Positions 43,901 through 51,810 of a stretch of DNA of 64,000 bases are shown here, one piece after another; the stretch's first letter is position 1; each line of letters opens with the position of its first letter. The stretch comes from an uncultured Christensenella sp. (GTDB taxonomy: Bacteria > Bacillota > Clostridia > Christensenellales > DTU072). The DNA is taken from positions 19,387-83,386 of the forward strand of contig CASDZI010000007.1 of the NCBI GenBank assembly GCA_949285605.1, in the 5' to 3' direction. The notes beneath the pieces are model-generated. The model was not told the DNA's origin, made no database searches, and was given only the letters and a program-made list of their open reading frames with translations. The position numbers and the translations under genes were made by a program.

Positions 43901-46900
43901 GGAACGGAAAACATAGCCGACGGAGCGTTCGCAAACGCCGTCAACTTGACGGAAATCACGTTACCGTCCACGCTTACTTCGATAGGAAGGGGAGCGTTCG
44001 CCGGGTGCGTCGAGCTTAAGACGGTCAATATAAACAGCGTTGCGCTTAACGACCTGACGCCTGACAGCGATATTTTCCCCGATGCGACTTCTCTTACCGT
44101 CAACGTAAGCGAAGGCGTAACGAGGTTGCCCGATTACTTGTTTGACGGGGCGACGGTTTCTGCCGTAACTCTCCCGACCGCAGGACTTACTTATATCGGG
44201 GAATACGCTTTCTATAACAACGCCTTGACCGCTCTTACCATACCCGAAAGCGTAACCGAAATCGGGGAATACGCTTTCTACGGCAGTACTCTCGAAACCC
44301 TTTATTACAACGCTAACGTAGAGAGTTTCGTTGCCGACGAAAACGGCAATACCGTATTCGGACCCATGGCGAGCGGAGCGGTACTCGATTTGGGCGAAAA
44401 CGTAACGGTAATAGGGGACAACTTCCTTTATAACTCTAACCTCGCCGTCGTAAATCACGGTACGTCGCAGGTGGTACGGATAGGCGAAAACGCTTTCCGA
44501 GGGACGAGTCTTACCTCGGTCACGATAAAAGAAAGCGTGACGGACGTCGGTTCTTACGCATTTGCGGAAATAACCACCCTTAACGAGATAACGGTAGATT
44601 CTTCCGCAAACTTCACCGGAACGGGCATATTCGACGGTTCGGGAACGGACAGCGTGACGTTCAAAGCTACGGGCAGTAACGTATCGAGCGGACTTTTCGC
44701 TTCTGCAAATAAACCTTCTCTGACGAGTATAACCTTGGAAAACACCGAGACCGTAGGAGACAAAGCTTTCGACGGTATAAACACGGTAACTTCGCTGACG
44801 TTGCCGTCCACGCTTACGACTATAGGGTCGAGAGCTTTCGCCGGAATGAACGCCATATCCGTTCTGACCGTTCCCGAGAACGTGACCACGATAGGGAACG
44901 AAGCGTTTTACGGCTGGGACGGACTTACCGAACTTAATTTCAACGCAACAAGCGTTGCCGACTTCGAACCCGGAAACGGCGTATTCGGAGTAGAGACAGG
45001 CGTAAGTCGCTCTTACGTCCTGAACGTAGGGGACAAGGTAGCGAGGATACCCGCACTATTAACGGTTTCCGACGCATTGAGCGACGCCGAGCCTGTCGAA
45101 AACGCACAGATAACGGCGGTTAATTTTGCGGCTTCTTCGGCGTTGACGTTGACGGAGATAGGCCATTACGCTTTCGCCGCATTGACGAATGCTACCATAA
45201 CCAACTTCCCGACTTCGGTGGTGACGATAGGAAGCTACGCTTTCTATAAAACGGCGGTAGGAGCGTTGACTTTGACGGCGGCGACGTCCATAGGAGATTA
45301 CGCTTTTAACTCGTCATCTCTTACTTCGCTTACCTTAACTTCCTCGTCTTACACGATAGGCAGTTACGCTTTCGGAAACAATACGGCACTGGCGTCGGCA
45401 GATCTCGGAGAAGGGGTGACGGCGATAGGACAAGGAGCGTTCTACGGCGATACGGCGTTGGAAACGGTCGTTATGGAAAACAACGACATAACCAACATAG
45501 GGCAAGGAGCGTTCGAAGGGTGCGCTTTACTGACGAGCTTCAATCTCGGGACGGAGATAACGAACGTTGCGGCAAATCTGTTTGACGGGTGCGCATCCCT
45601 CGCTTCGATAACCATACCCGACAGCGTAATTTCCATAGGAGCGTACGCTTTCAGAGGTTGTGCGTTGACTTCCATAACTTTAGGCGAAAATCTGACTTCC
45701 TTAGGAGAAGGAGCGTTTGCCGATTGCGTATACGTAACCGCAATAAATTACTATTCCGTCAATTTGGGGAACGCAAGCGAAAATTCGGCGATATTCGAGT
45801 CGGTGGGCTCGGGAACTTCGGGCGTGACCCTCACGATAGGTTCTGCGATCAGGAAAATGCCCGATTATCTGTTCTATGTACCCGAACGGGTGGGAAGCGA
45901 CGGAAGTGCAATCGATGTCGACGCCCGCATTACGGTTATAGAATATGGAGCAAGAACGGGGACAACCATCGCCGAAACTTCTTTGGAAATAGGGATCGCA
46001 ACAATCAGGGGATTGCCGATAGAAGAAGTTACCCTTCCCGATTTTGTGACTAAAGTGGGCGACTACGCTTTTGCAAATTGTTCGGAAGCGACCGTTCTTA
46101 CCTGGGGCGAAGGACTTACCAAAGTAGGCTATATGTCTTTTGCCGGAATGACGGCGGTGACGGAATTTAACCACAACGCCGTTTCTTTGGGCGACAACAA
46201 CTTTACCACGCAACAGGAATCGAGTGAAAGCAATCCTCAAAGTAACGACGTCTTCTATAATTTCGGCAACAACGTTACCATGAACGTAGGCGAAGGCGTG
46301 ACGAAGATTCACAGACGTATGTTTATGATATATTCCGATGAAGACGTAACGCTGAAGCCGAAGATACAGACGTTGAACCTACCTGCCACCGTCACCGAAA
46401 TAGGCGAGGATGCGTTCAACGGCGTAGCGACGTTGACGACGGTAAATTACGCCGAGGGAAGCAAACTCGACAGTATAGGCAACAATGCCTTCAAAGGGAC
46501 TTCCATAACGGCAATAACTCTGTATCTGGACGCCACGACGTTGGGGACCGGGGCGTTTGCGGATTGCGTAAAGGTGACCGAAGTTACCTTGACCGTTTAC
46601 GACGGCACAAAAAAGACAGAAAATTATCCTACGGTTTATGCCGATACTTTTGCTAATCTCGGGAAAGCTACCGCAGGCGTAAAGGTGACCGTCAAAAACA
46701 ATCTGGATATTATCCCCGCCAATATTTTCTATGCCAATTCACCCGAAACCGCTGCCAACATAACCGCAGTGTTCCTTGAGAAGAGGTATCTCGACGATAT
46801 AGTCATAAAGCCGGATGAAGATGAGTTTTCGGTAATATATCAGTATATGGACGACGCTATTACGATAGGCGACAACGCTTTCCGCAACGTAGCGAGTCTG

Positions 46901-47539
46901 ACGACTTTGAATTTCGAAGGGACGGCTCACAGCGGAGAAGACTATTTCCGTAAAATAAAAACGATAGGATCATACGCATTCAGTGGAACGAGTTTAGGAG
47001 GAGAGCTATTGTTCCACTGCGAAAACGGCACGAATATAGGCTCTCACGCTTTCGACGGCACGAAAATCACCCGCATAAAACTCTATTCCAGCACGGTTTT
47101 GACCGTGGGCGAATACGCTTTTGCCGAATGTGCGGAATTGACGGGTATAACTTTAGTCAGGGAATATACTGTCGGATTGGACGATAATAACGATATTATG
47201 GGAACAGTAGGAGATTACGCATTCCAAAATGCGGTCAAACTCAATTTCGATACCATGTATCCGAAATTCACGTCCATAGGGAACTATGCGTTTGACGGGT
47301 GCGTCGCTCTTACGTCTATCGGAGACTTCTGCGAAGGACTTAGCTATATTGGTTCTTACGCTTTCCGAGGAACCGCAATAAATACGGTTTACTCTTTAAC
47401 TGTTACCGAAAACGGATATAGATGGGACCAGAAAGCGGAATGTAAACTTACCGTACCGACAACAGCGCAAGTTCACGAAAACGCCTTCGACGGAATGGGC
47501 GGTACGGTCGAGGTTCCGAAGGCTACGGTAGAGGAATAA
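37907..47539 (+). CDS. Giant (3210 aa) surface lipoprotein: ~15 InlB-B-repeat (Listeria-Bacteroides repeat) modules followed by ~1900 aa of BspA-type leucine-rich repeats
   Basis: GGGAGGA RBS. Signal peptide with lipobox (LLLLIIFLNAIFLISCSEG). Recurrent GY.F.GW motifs from about 38.1-41.5 kb (YYFLGWYDG, RFVGWYDEKG, HYVFAGWSS, HYTFSGWSR, YHFTGWTING, and others). From about 41.6 kb, recurrent ..L..V.IP.SVT.IG..AF.GC..L LRR_5-type units. There is no LPXTG sorting signal at the C-terminus. Confidence 0.9.
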   Translation: MKQKTLRVLLLLIIFLNAIFLISCSEGYNGPVNLPEEEEEAPDVVYYKITVDNGAEIVVYEKEADVSLTVTAADKKNMVFIGWEYEGKTVSSDKTYTFTVKENASLNAKYLTSYKIYLDAGLAGTEYEAVTVGEGQDYTLPVPVLENYYFLGWYDGIMPYTDEKGNALKPFSAPYDVTLKAVFEEKPVYTVIWQSIYTDENGQEAVYSESAVEKHLDEKITLTAVAVPDNRFVGWYDEKGDCVSSETEFSFKVVSDVTYRAKYEEAFTVNVLFGSGSGTYAKDTIVDITAQTTPTGKYFKGWRYIGESELLEGEQYEKNTFKLKVTESVSFEAVFEFIDYTLTFTMQGGSYGDSPVEYHKTEGVHYGDEIIPPVSPSETHYVFAGWSSYPARMPANDLTISGRLIPEKHTVTLDSGIISANGASYGVFDYGTEITVAHKEITGKRFLYWAENGAQVSSSSPYTFTVERNVTLTAVYEDILYKLIYYVYGAEYGDDGGVYQEFELKYKDPTFSLPAISKEHYTFSGWSRLPQEMPAYDYTVKGTFIVDRHTLSVNNGYINGDTSLTEDEFDWNEEVTVTAVIPTGKTFNGWYLGDIRVSQEVEYTFPLAGNTDLEARTDFIQYELVFMVSGQTGTEGFVEYHRTTSIYNSTVRYPTTPAEEHKEFGGWSLSPDKAVTPPEKMPAENLTLYGKLSWVRHTVVLSGGVIVEVNGSPVENVSRATYDYGTELKISAQPERGYHFTGWTINGQLVSEAGQDYAFTLTKDITLTATSALTEYQAVYYTQKDGSGYTEWKSETFHYNENYNLASAEVVDHYDFDGWYYANGDEAPASLITSDENLEFYGNYNIQRHTFTVVGGTINGYDETTVEVPFGTCLTIEATVPVGKVFRRWTSYGLAPVTVNPYDATVTGDVTWKAEFAVAKYDLTVTDGRIKSVDNVDISEDVYRGTYDYGTVIELQPKNAEAGKEFSHWKINGKKFYKPDYDFEITEDVTAVAVFEFIDYTLTFTMQGGSYGDTPVTFGEPKIMHYGDEIIPPSAPSETHYVFAGWSSYPSRMPADDLTISGRLIPEKHTLTVNGGSGSGTYNYDDTVTATAEIPVGQSFVKWVDTEGTVLSTEAIYSFTLEKDTEITAVYEYIDYTLTFMLYGAEYGETGRAYYTETLHYGDTVKDQSLPVDKENYAFSGWYVEGEETIPTTMPAADLTIRGDYEYIYIMTDLGDGTYSVAANTAIKGTYPSTITVPSLYDEKPVVKVENQGFADRTELTNVTIPDSVTVIGEGAFSGCTLLTSLTLPVSGGDYLGYMFGATSADSQDKAVPSSLTEVVYNGTTIPDKYFYKLTSLKTVRFPNTESVGNNAFDGAGLTSLVLPETLTTVGEYAFANLNYLASIKYRRTDVFNFADKDVFEMAGRSVNSLEVTFNDGVTHIPANMFAVTDASDRPKVTSVVFPTTLKSVGAYAFSGQDGLTADIVLPEGVTEIGASAFAGTKTKKVVIPSTVTSIGSGAFSALTSLTEVEYNAVNAFTDVSEGLYAFREDENEFTVIIGSAVETIPDNLFRLSGVTEVTFAENGSLTSIGSYAFAYSKLTSVSLSGDLTLGEKAFYGCASLGSVYYNVPNAADFTSSSLVFGSSSAATGYAVKTGYAVTIGKDVIRIPSYLFGKPESDINNYVNATTVTFESGSSCKEIASYAFANGTLGGSLEIPFTVREIGEYAFYGNDLTEVSVPSTTTTIGAKALAGNGTVTVNCQVSFSFETWATDWVDDNATVNYSVGAMTDGDFSYVVNEGRAYITHYHGTATKVVVGKVGTEGGTAEGYDVYGVGLTFKGNKSITSVTLPATVAEIQATAFEGCTALESFTHNGNVTVIGSKAFYGCNNLSTLTLNFTGSEIGSEAFAGCGKLTSFDFETVTSIGDRAFANSGLTSALLSSAVVIGNEAFADCASLTSVTLSSVEIIGTGAFASCSSLQEFIFDGNDNYELRSGALYRISDNTLLYYPASSGATSFDVPDGTENIADGAFANAVNLTEITLPSTLTSIGRGAFAGCVELKTVNINSVALNDLTPDSDIFPDATSLTVNVSEGVTRLPDYLFDGATVSAVTLPTAGLTYIGEYAFYNNALTALTIPESVTEIGEYAFYGSTLETLYYNANVESFVADENGNTVFGPMASGAVLDLGENVTVIGDNFLYNSNLAVVNHGTSQVVRIGENAFRGTSLTSVTIKESVTDVGSYAFAEITTLNEITVDSSANFTGTGIFDGSGTDSVTFKATGSNVSSGLFASANKPSLTSITLENTETVGDKAFDGINTVTSLTLPSTLTTIGSRAFAGMNAISVLTVPENVTTIGNEAFYGWDGLTELNFNATSVADFEPGNGVFGVETGVSRSYVLNVGDKVARIPALLTVSDALSDAEPVENAQITAVNFAASSALTLTEIGHYAFAALTNATITNFPTSVVTIGSYAFYKTAVGALTLTAATSIGDYAFNSSSLTSLTLTSSSYTIGSYAFGNNTALASADLGEGVTAIGQGAFYGDTALETVVMENNDITNIGQGAFEGCALLTSFNLGTEITNVAANLFDGCASLASITIPDSVISIGAYAFRGCALTSITLGENLTSLGEGAFADCVYVTAINYYSVNLGNASENSAIFESVGSGTSGVTLTIGSAIRKMPDYLFYVPERVGSDGSAIDVDARITVIEYGARTGTTIAETSLEIGIATIRGLPIEEVTLPDFVTKVGDYAFANCSEATVLTWGEGLTKVGYMSFAGMTAVTEFNHNAVSLGDNNFTTQQESSESNPQSNDVFYNFGNNVTMNVGEGVTKIHRRMFMIYSDEDVTLKPKIQTLNLPATVTEIGEDAFNGVATLTTVNYAEGSKLDSIGNNAFKGTSITAITLYLDATTLGTGAFADCVKVTEVTLTVYDGTKKTENYPTVYADTFANLGKATAGVKVTVKNNLDIIPANIFYANSPETAANITAVFLEKRYLDDIVIKPDEDEFSVIYQYMDDAITIGDNAFRNVASLTTLNFEGTAHSGEDYFRKIKTIGSYAFSGTSLGGELLFHCENGTNIGSHAFDGTKITRIKLYSSTVLTVGEYAFAECAELTGITLVREYTVGLDDNNDIMGTVGDYAFQNAVKLNFDTMYPKFTSIGNYAFDGCVALTSIGDFCEGLSYIGSYAFRGTAINTVYSLTVTENGYRWDQKAECKLTVPTTAQVHENAFDGMGGTVEVPKATVEE
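38906..39133 (+). repeat. Intragenic direct repeat, copy 1 (~228 bp)
   Basis: Near-identical at the DNA level to 40886-41113, at an offset of exactly 1980 bp. Encodes AVFEFIDYTLTFTMQGGSYGD...HYGDEIIPP..PSETHYVFAGWSSYP.RMPA.DLTISGRLIPEKHT. Confidence 0.85.
40886..41113 (+). repeat. Intragenic direct repeat, copy 2 (~228 bp)
   Basis: See copy 1. The flanks are nearly identical, including third codon positions. The central ~35 nt (40951-40980 versus 38971-39000) are strongly diverged. Confidence 0.85.
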
Positions 47540-47555
47540 GATAACTCCCCGATAA

Positions 47556-47693
47556 TTATTTTACTTTATCGGGGTGGTAAAGTTTTTTGGTGGAATCCGC
47601 TTCGTCTTTCAGCGACATCGTTAAATCAGGGTCGCTTACGGGATTGGAGCGGACTTTCCTCGAAAGGGGTTTATTCTGTTTGATTTTTTTCAT
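47556..47693 (-). CDS. Small basic hypothetical protein (45 aa)
   Basis: ATG 47693 follows a GGAGGA RBS. MKKIKQNKPLSRKVRSNPVSDPDLTMSLKDEADSTKKLYHPDKVK. The 3' end overlaps a hairpin (47547-47574), so it may be spurious. Confidence 0.3.
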   Translation of the reverse strand: MKKIKQNKPLSRKVRSNPVSDPDLTMSLKDEADSTKKLYHPDKVK

Positions 47694-47756
47694 AGAAACG
47701 GGTCCTCCGTTGTCAGTATGAGAAGATCCGACGTAAATTAAAGAGGTAAAAGCAAA

Positions 47757-48461
47757 ATGACAAAATTTGCCGTAGTGACGGGCGCAAGCGGAGGGATAGG
47801 CAAGGCTATAGTTTCCCGACTTTTGTCCGAAGATTATACCGTAGCGGCTCAATACAGAAATAACCCCGAAGCGCTGCAGGATATAATCGGGGTAAAGCCT
47901 TTTTACGGAGATTTTTCCTTACGGGAAGGGATAACGGCTTTTTACGAAAAAGTCAAGGCGGAATTCCCGAAAATCGACGTTCTGGTCAACAACGCAGGCG
48001 TAGCGAGCTGGAAGCTTTTTACCGATTATTCCGACGAGGAAATCGAAAATCTGATATTTACCGATATGACGGCGGCGATGCTCCTCACCAAGAAGTTTTT
48101 GCCCGATATGATCTCGGCAAAAAAGGGAAGTATCGTCAACATATCCAGCGTTTGGGGAGTTTACGGTGGTTCCTGCGAAGTTCCGTATTCGGCGGCGAAA
48201 GCGGGAATTATCGGTTTTACCAAGGCCTTGGCTAAAGAGGCGGGGTTGTCTTCGGTAAGAGTCAACTGCATAGCGCCGGGCTTTATCGAAACCCCGATGA
48301 ACGCTAAACTGTCCGAAGAAGACAAGAAGGCGTTTTTCGACGGATTGGCGCTCGGACGCGGCGGTAAAGCGGAAGAAATAGCGTCCGCCGTGGCTTTTCT
48401 CGCTTCCGACGACGCGTCTTACGTTACAGGACAGGTGCTCGGAGTGGACGGAGGGTACTGA
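47757..48461 (+). CDS. Short-chain dehydrogenase/reductase (FabG-like 3-oxoacyl reductase family)
   Basis: 234-aa ORF. TGASGGIGKAI cofactor motif, NNAG, and catalytic S...YSAAK. Confidence 0.85.
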   Translation: MTKFAVVTGASGGIGKAIVSRLLSEDYTVAAQYRNNPEALQDIIGVKPFYGDFSLREGITAFYEKVKAEFPKIDVLVNNAGVASWKLFTDYSDEEIENLIFTDMTAAMLLTKKFLPDMISAKKGSIVNISSVWGVYGGSCEVPYSAAKAGIIGFTKALAKEAGLSSVRVNCIAPGFIETPMNAKLSEEDKKAFFDGLALGRGGKAEEIASAVAFLASDDASYVTGQVLGVDGGY

Positions 48462-48512
48462 AAAGGGGGCGTTATCGTTGGATTTTTCAAGACGAGGTTT
48501 GCCCGAGGGCGG

Positions 48513-48541
48513 TTGACTTCGTCTTTTTTTTATCATATAAT
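48513..48541 (+). promoter_or_regulatory. Near-consensus sigma-A promoter upstream of mgtE leader
   Basis: TTGACT (48513-48518), exactly 17-nt spacer, TATAAT (48536-48541). Confidence 0.65.
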
Positions 48542-48602
48542 ATTATAGTCGTGACCGTATTTTTTCGGTTCGGCACACGAATTTTTTTTAAGGAGGCAAG
48601 CG

Positions 48603-48686
48603 ATGGACTCGGCTAATAAAGGCACCGACGGCAGTTATCGATTAAGCGAAGTTCCCCGACGACACGCTTGCGGCGGAAATTTTTAA
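48603..48686 (+). CDS. Candidate 27-codon leader ORF in the mgtE 5' UTR
   Basis: AAGGAGG (48590-48596) lies 6 nt before the ATG. It encodes MDSANKGTDGSYRLSEVPRRHACGGNF. It is too short for the ORF track, and there is no evidence beyond the SD and its position. Confidence 0.3.
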   Translation: MDSANKGTDGSYRLSEVPRRHACGGNF

Positions 48687-48743
48687 CTGTCTAAATATGT
48701 CTTTATTTCCTTATTCGGGAGTCTTTCCCTCGTGAGGTAAATA

Positions 48744-50108
48744 ATGGATGAAGAAATTCTGTTTTCTCTTTTAGAAAAAAAGAACATCAAAGAACTGCGG
48801 CCCATTCTGGTCGCAATGAACCCTGCCGATATCGCGCAGTTTTTAAGCGAAGTCAAAGAAGAGGAACTTCCTCTTATTTTCCGTTTGCTTCCGAAGGATC
48901 TGGCGGCGGAAACTTTCGTGGAAATGGATTCCGATATGCAGGAAATGCTCATAACGGGCTTTTCGGACAGGGAGCTTAAGCTCATTATCGACGAACTGTT
49001 CCTCGACGACACGGTGGATATAATAGAAGAAATGCCCGCAAACGTGGTGCGGCGTATTCTGAACCAGTCCGACCCTGCCACCCGTACAGCCATAAACGAA
49101 ATACTGAAATATCCCGAAGACAGCGCGGGAAGCATAATGACTATCGAATACGTCAATCTCAAGAAAGATATGACGGTCAAGGAAGCGTTTGCTCGTATTC
49201 GTGCCACGGGAGTGGACAAGGAAACCATATACACCTGTTACGTCACCGACGAAAACCGTTATCTTCTGGGTATGGTCACGGTAAAGACTATGCTTTTGAA
49301 CGATTACGAAACCAAAATCGGCGACATAATGGAAACCAACGTCATTTACATCGACACTCTCACCGACAAGGAAGAAGTGGCTAATCAGTTCAATAAATAT
49401 AACTTCCTCGCAATGCCTGTAGTGGACAAGGAATGTCGACTTGTCGGTATTATTACCATAGACGACGCATTGGACGTTATTACGGAAGAAGCGACGGAAG
49501 ACATCTCCAAAATCGCGGCAGTTATCCCGAACGACAAACCTTATCTTAAAACCAGTATCTGGAGAATATGGTTGAGTCGGGCTCCGTGGCTTCTGATTCT
49601 TATGTTGAGCGCGACGGTAACGGGAATTATCATTACTAAGTACGAAAGCGCGCTCGCCGTCAGCATAACTTTGACGGCGTGTATTCCGATGCTGACGGGA
49701 ACTGGCGGTAATGCGGGCAGTCAGGCGTCTGCTACGGTAATTCGCGGAATAGCGTTGGGAGAGATAGAGTTTTCCGACATATTTAAGGTTATATGGAAGG
49801 AAATAAGAGTTTCGGTGCTTCTCGGCATAACGCTTGCCGTGGCGTGCTTTGGCAAACTTATGGCGGTGGACCAACTTTTCAGAGTGGAAAACGGTTACTT
49901 TATAGCCGCCGTTATCTGCATAACGATGGCTGTTACGGTGGCGATAGCAAAATTCGTCGGAGCCATTCTGCCGCTTATCGCAAAGAAATGCAAACTCGAC
50001 CCCGCGGTAGTAGCCAGTCCTTTCATAAGCACTATCGTGGACGCGCTGAGTCTGATGGTGTATTGCAATATAGCAATAGCCGTTCTGAGCCCACTCGGAG
50101 CTATGTGA
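48744..50108 (+). CDS. mgtE: Magnesium transporter MgtE
   Basis: 454-aa ORF. MgtE N-domain, tandem CBS pair (DIMETNVIYIDTLTDKEEVANQFNKYNFLAMPVVDKECRLVGIITIDD) and a 5-TM C-terminal domain with GTGGNAGSQ. Confidence 0.9.
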   Translation: MDEEILFSLLEKKNIKELRPILVAMNPADIAQFLSEVKEEELPLIFRLLPKDLAAETFVEMDSDMQEMLITGFSDRELKLIIDELFLDDTVDIIEEMPANVVRRILNQSDPATRTAINEILKYPEDSAGSIMTIEYVNLKKDMTVKEAFARIRATGVDKETIYTCYVTDENRYLLGMVTVKTMLLNDYETKIGDIMETNVIYIDTLTDKEEVANQFNKYNFLAMPVVDKECRLVGIITIDDALDVITEEATEDISKIAAVIPNDKPYLKTSIWRIWLSRAPWLLILMLSATVTGIIITKYESALAVSITLTACIPMLTGTGGNAGSQASATVIRGIALGEIEFSDIFKVIWKEIRVSVLLGITLAVACFGKLMAVDQLFRVENGYFIAAVICITMAVTVAIAKFVGAILPLIAKKCKLDPAVVASPFISTIVDALSLMVYCNIAIAVLSPLGAM

Positions 50109-50135
50109 AAGTGATTTAAAAAAAAAACGGTTCAA

Positions 50136-50167
50136 GCGTTTTCCGTTCGTGAAAACGCTTTTTTTAC
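50136..50167 (+). terminator. Intrinsic terminator of mgtE
   Basis: agcgtttt-ccgttcgtg-aaaacgct followed by T7. Confidence 0.8.
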
Positions 50168-50227
50168 TATTGCAAAAAAGGGCGTTTTGTGTTAAAATTA
50201 AGATAATTTTTCAAAAAGGAGCAGGGA

Positions 50228-51268
50228 ATGAACAACATCCGTACCAACAAACTCTATACCTGGATAGCTATAGCGATTTTTGTTATCGTGTTTGCGGCGT
50301 TGCTGACGGTAGCCACGCTGTTCGACCTCGATATAAGTAAAATTATGACCAAGAACTCCCTTCCGGAGGGAAATTATTTTTCGACCAGCGGATTCGGCTT
50401 GTTCTTTGAAGCGGTGGGGAGCGCACCCATTTACATAATGGGTTCCATCGTCGGCGTAATATTGTTCTGGTGGGGGATCAGAAAAGATAATCTCAGTTTA
50501 AGAGTTATATTGACCATAGTGGGAGCGGTGGCGGTTTTCGTCGGGCTGTACCTTTTTATCAACGATATTTTCAAGTACATAGGCGAACATATGCACGACG
50601 AAGAGTATATGGGAAAAGGTTACGTTCAGTTCTGCATACTTACGCTTACGCTTATTAACTCCGTTCTGTTGGTTCTGACCTGGAAAAACGTCGGCAAAGT
50701 AACCAACGATAAGCTGATAATATGGGTTCTGGTAATACTTGGCGTAATTATATGCTATCTTGTTGTCCACTTCGTAAAGGGACCCGTGGGCAGAATGAGA
50801 TACCGCGCGATGAACTACAGCGAGGAGTACGGGTTCGAATACTTTACGCGTTGGTACGTCGTCAACGGCGAACGCAATCTCGTACCCGTGGCGCACGGCG
50901 TGGAAATCAGCGACAGCTGCAAGTCTTTCCCGTCGGGACACACTTACAGCGCGGGAGTTATTTATACTTTGGTATGCCTGCCCGACCTTTTGGAAAAATG
51001 GAACAAAAAATGGATCAAAGCCGTTATCTATTCGGGTACGGCGGTCTTTACGGGAATAGTGGCGATAAGCCGTATCGTGGTAGGAGCGCATTTTATGAGC
51101 GACGTTCTCTTCGGCGGAACGCTGTCCTTTCTCGCCTGTATGCTTTTCCGTGAAATATTCATATTCCGCTTTGCCCATTTCAAAAATCTTTTTTCGAAAA
51201 AGTCCGACGAGGCAACGGAAAAAGAAAATATAAGCGAAAGCGAAACCGAAACGGAAACGGTAGAGTGA
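50228..51268 (+). CDS. PAP2-superfamily membrane phosphatase
   Basis: 346-aa ORF with multiple TM helices. PAP2 motifs KSFPSGHT and SRIVVGAHFMSDV. Confidence 0.8.
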   Translation: MNNIRTNKLYTWIAIAIFVIVFAALLTVATLFDLDISKIMTKNSLPEGNYFSTSGFGLFFEAVGSAPIYIMGSIVGVILFWWGIRKDNLSLRVILTIVGAVAVFVGLYLFINDIFKYIGEHMHDEEYMGKGYVQFCILTLTLINSVLLVLTWKNVGKVTNDKLIIWVLVILGVIICYLVVHFVKGPVGRMRYRAMNYSEEYGFEYFTRWYVVNGERNLVPVAHGVEISDSCKSFPSGHTYSAGVIYTLVCLPDLLEKWNKKWIKAVIYSGTAVFTGIVAISRIVVGAHFMSDVLFGGTLSFLACMLFREIFIFRFAHFKNLFSKKSDEATEKENISESETETETVE

Positions 51269-51293
51269 AAGGGGAATTTATTCGAAATAAAAC

Positions 51294-51323
51294 AAAGAAC
51301 CGACCATAACGGTCGGTTCTTTT
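51294..51323. terminator. Bidirectional intrinsic terminator
   Basis: aaagaaccgacc-ataac-ggtcggttcttt with A/T runs on both sides. Confidence 0.75.
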
Positions 51324-51353
51324 AACTTAAAACGTTTACCTGCAAAAAAACGA

Positions 51354-51806
51354 TCATAAAGCCTGTTTTTCCATAACGTAATTCCGCAATTCGACCCCGA
51401 ATCTTTCCACGGTTTGTTCTTTTATCACGATATATCCTCTTTTTTCAAAAAAAGGTTTAGCCGTTATGGAAGAGTGGGTGACGATATTGCGAGGACAGAG
51501 TTTTTCGAGTTTGTCGCATAATGCGGTAGCTGTTTTTTTCCGCAGAAAGTTTTTGTTTACGAACAGATAATGCAAAAAACCGCTTTTGTCGATACTGCCG
51601 AAACCGAGCAAGGTTCCGTTTTCGGTAGCCACGTAAGTTATGGCATAACGCAAAGTCTTTCCCCATTTTTCGGTATCGGGATTGAGGGGCGCCCAGGCGT
51701 CGAGCTGTTCTTTATTATAATCGGCGGCATTTACGGAATGTACCGTTTCATAGAACAAAAGAAGGATCTTTTCCAAATCGCTTTCTTTATAAGGTCGTAA
51801 CTCCAA
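51354..51806 (-). CDS. GNAT-family N-acetyltransferase
   Basis: 150-aa ORF. Acetyl-CoA-binding-like FLRKKTATALCDKLEKL and typical GNAT length and topology. Confidence 0.75.
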   Translation of the reverse strand: MELRPYKESDLEKILLLFYETVHSVNAADYNKEQLDAWAPLNPDTEKWGKTLRYAITYVATENGTLLGFGSIDKSGFLHYLFVNKNFLRKKTATALCDKLEKLCPRNIVTHSSITAKPFFEKRGYIVIKEQTVERFGVELRNYVMEKQAL

Positions 51807-51810
51807 TGTC

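Noticed and set aside
41600-47500. Regular ~70-75-nt periodicity with recurring short identical strings (for example ttacgctttcgc, ggcgaatacgctttt), which could mimic a repeat array or CRISPR.
   Set aside because: The periodicity lies inside one continuous ORF and corresponds to ~23-25-residue LRR units (IG.YAF...L..I.IP). The 'spacers' are coding and there is no direct-repeat/spacer architecture.
47556-47852. 98-aa minus-strand ORF extending antisense into the SDR gene.
   Set aside because: The N-terminal two thirds are antisense to the well-supported SDR gene and its RBS. Only the distal 45 codons, starting at an RBS-preceded ATG (47693), are considered, and at low confidence.
48542-48743. 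M-box (ykoK) riboswitch call for the mgtE leader.
   Set aside because: I could not find the conserved M-box core segments by eye, so it is not reported as a feature. The region is kept as a finding to be tested with a covariance model.
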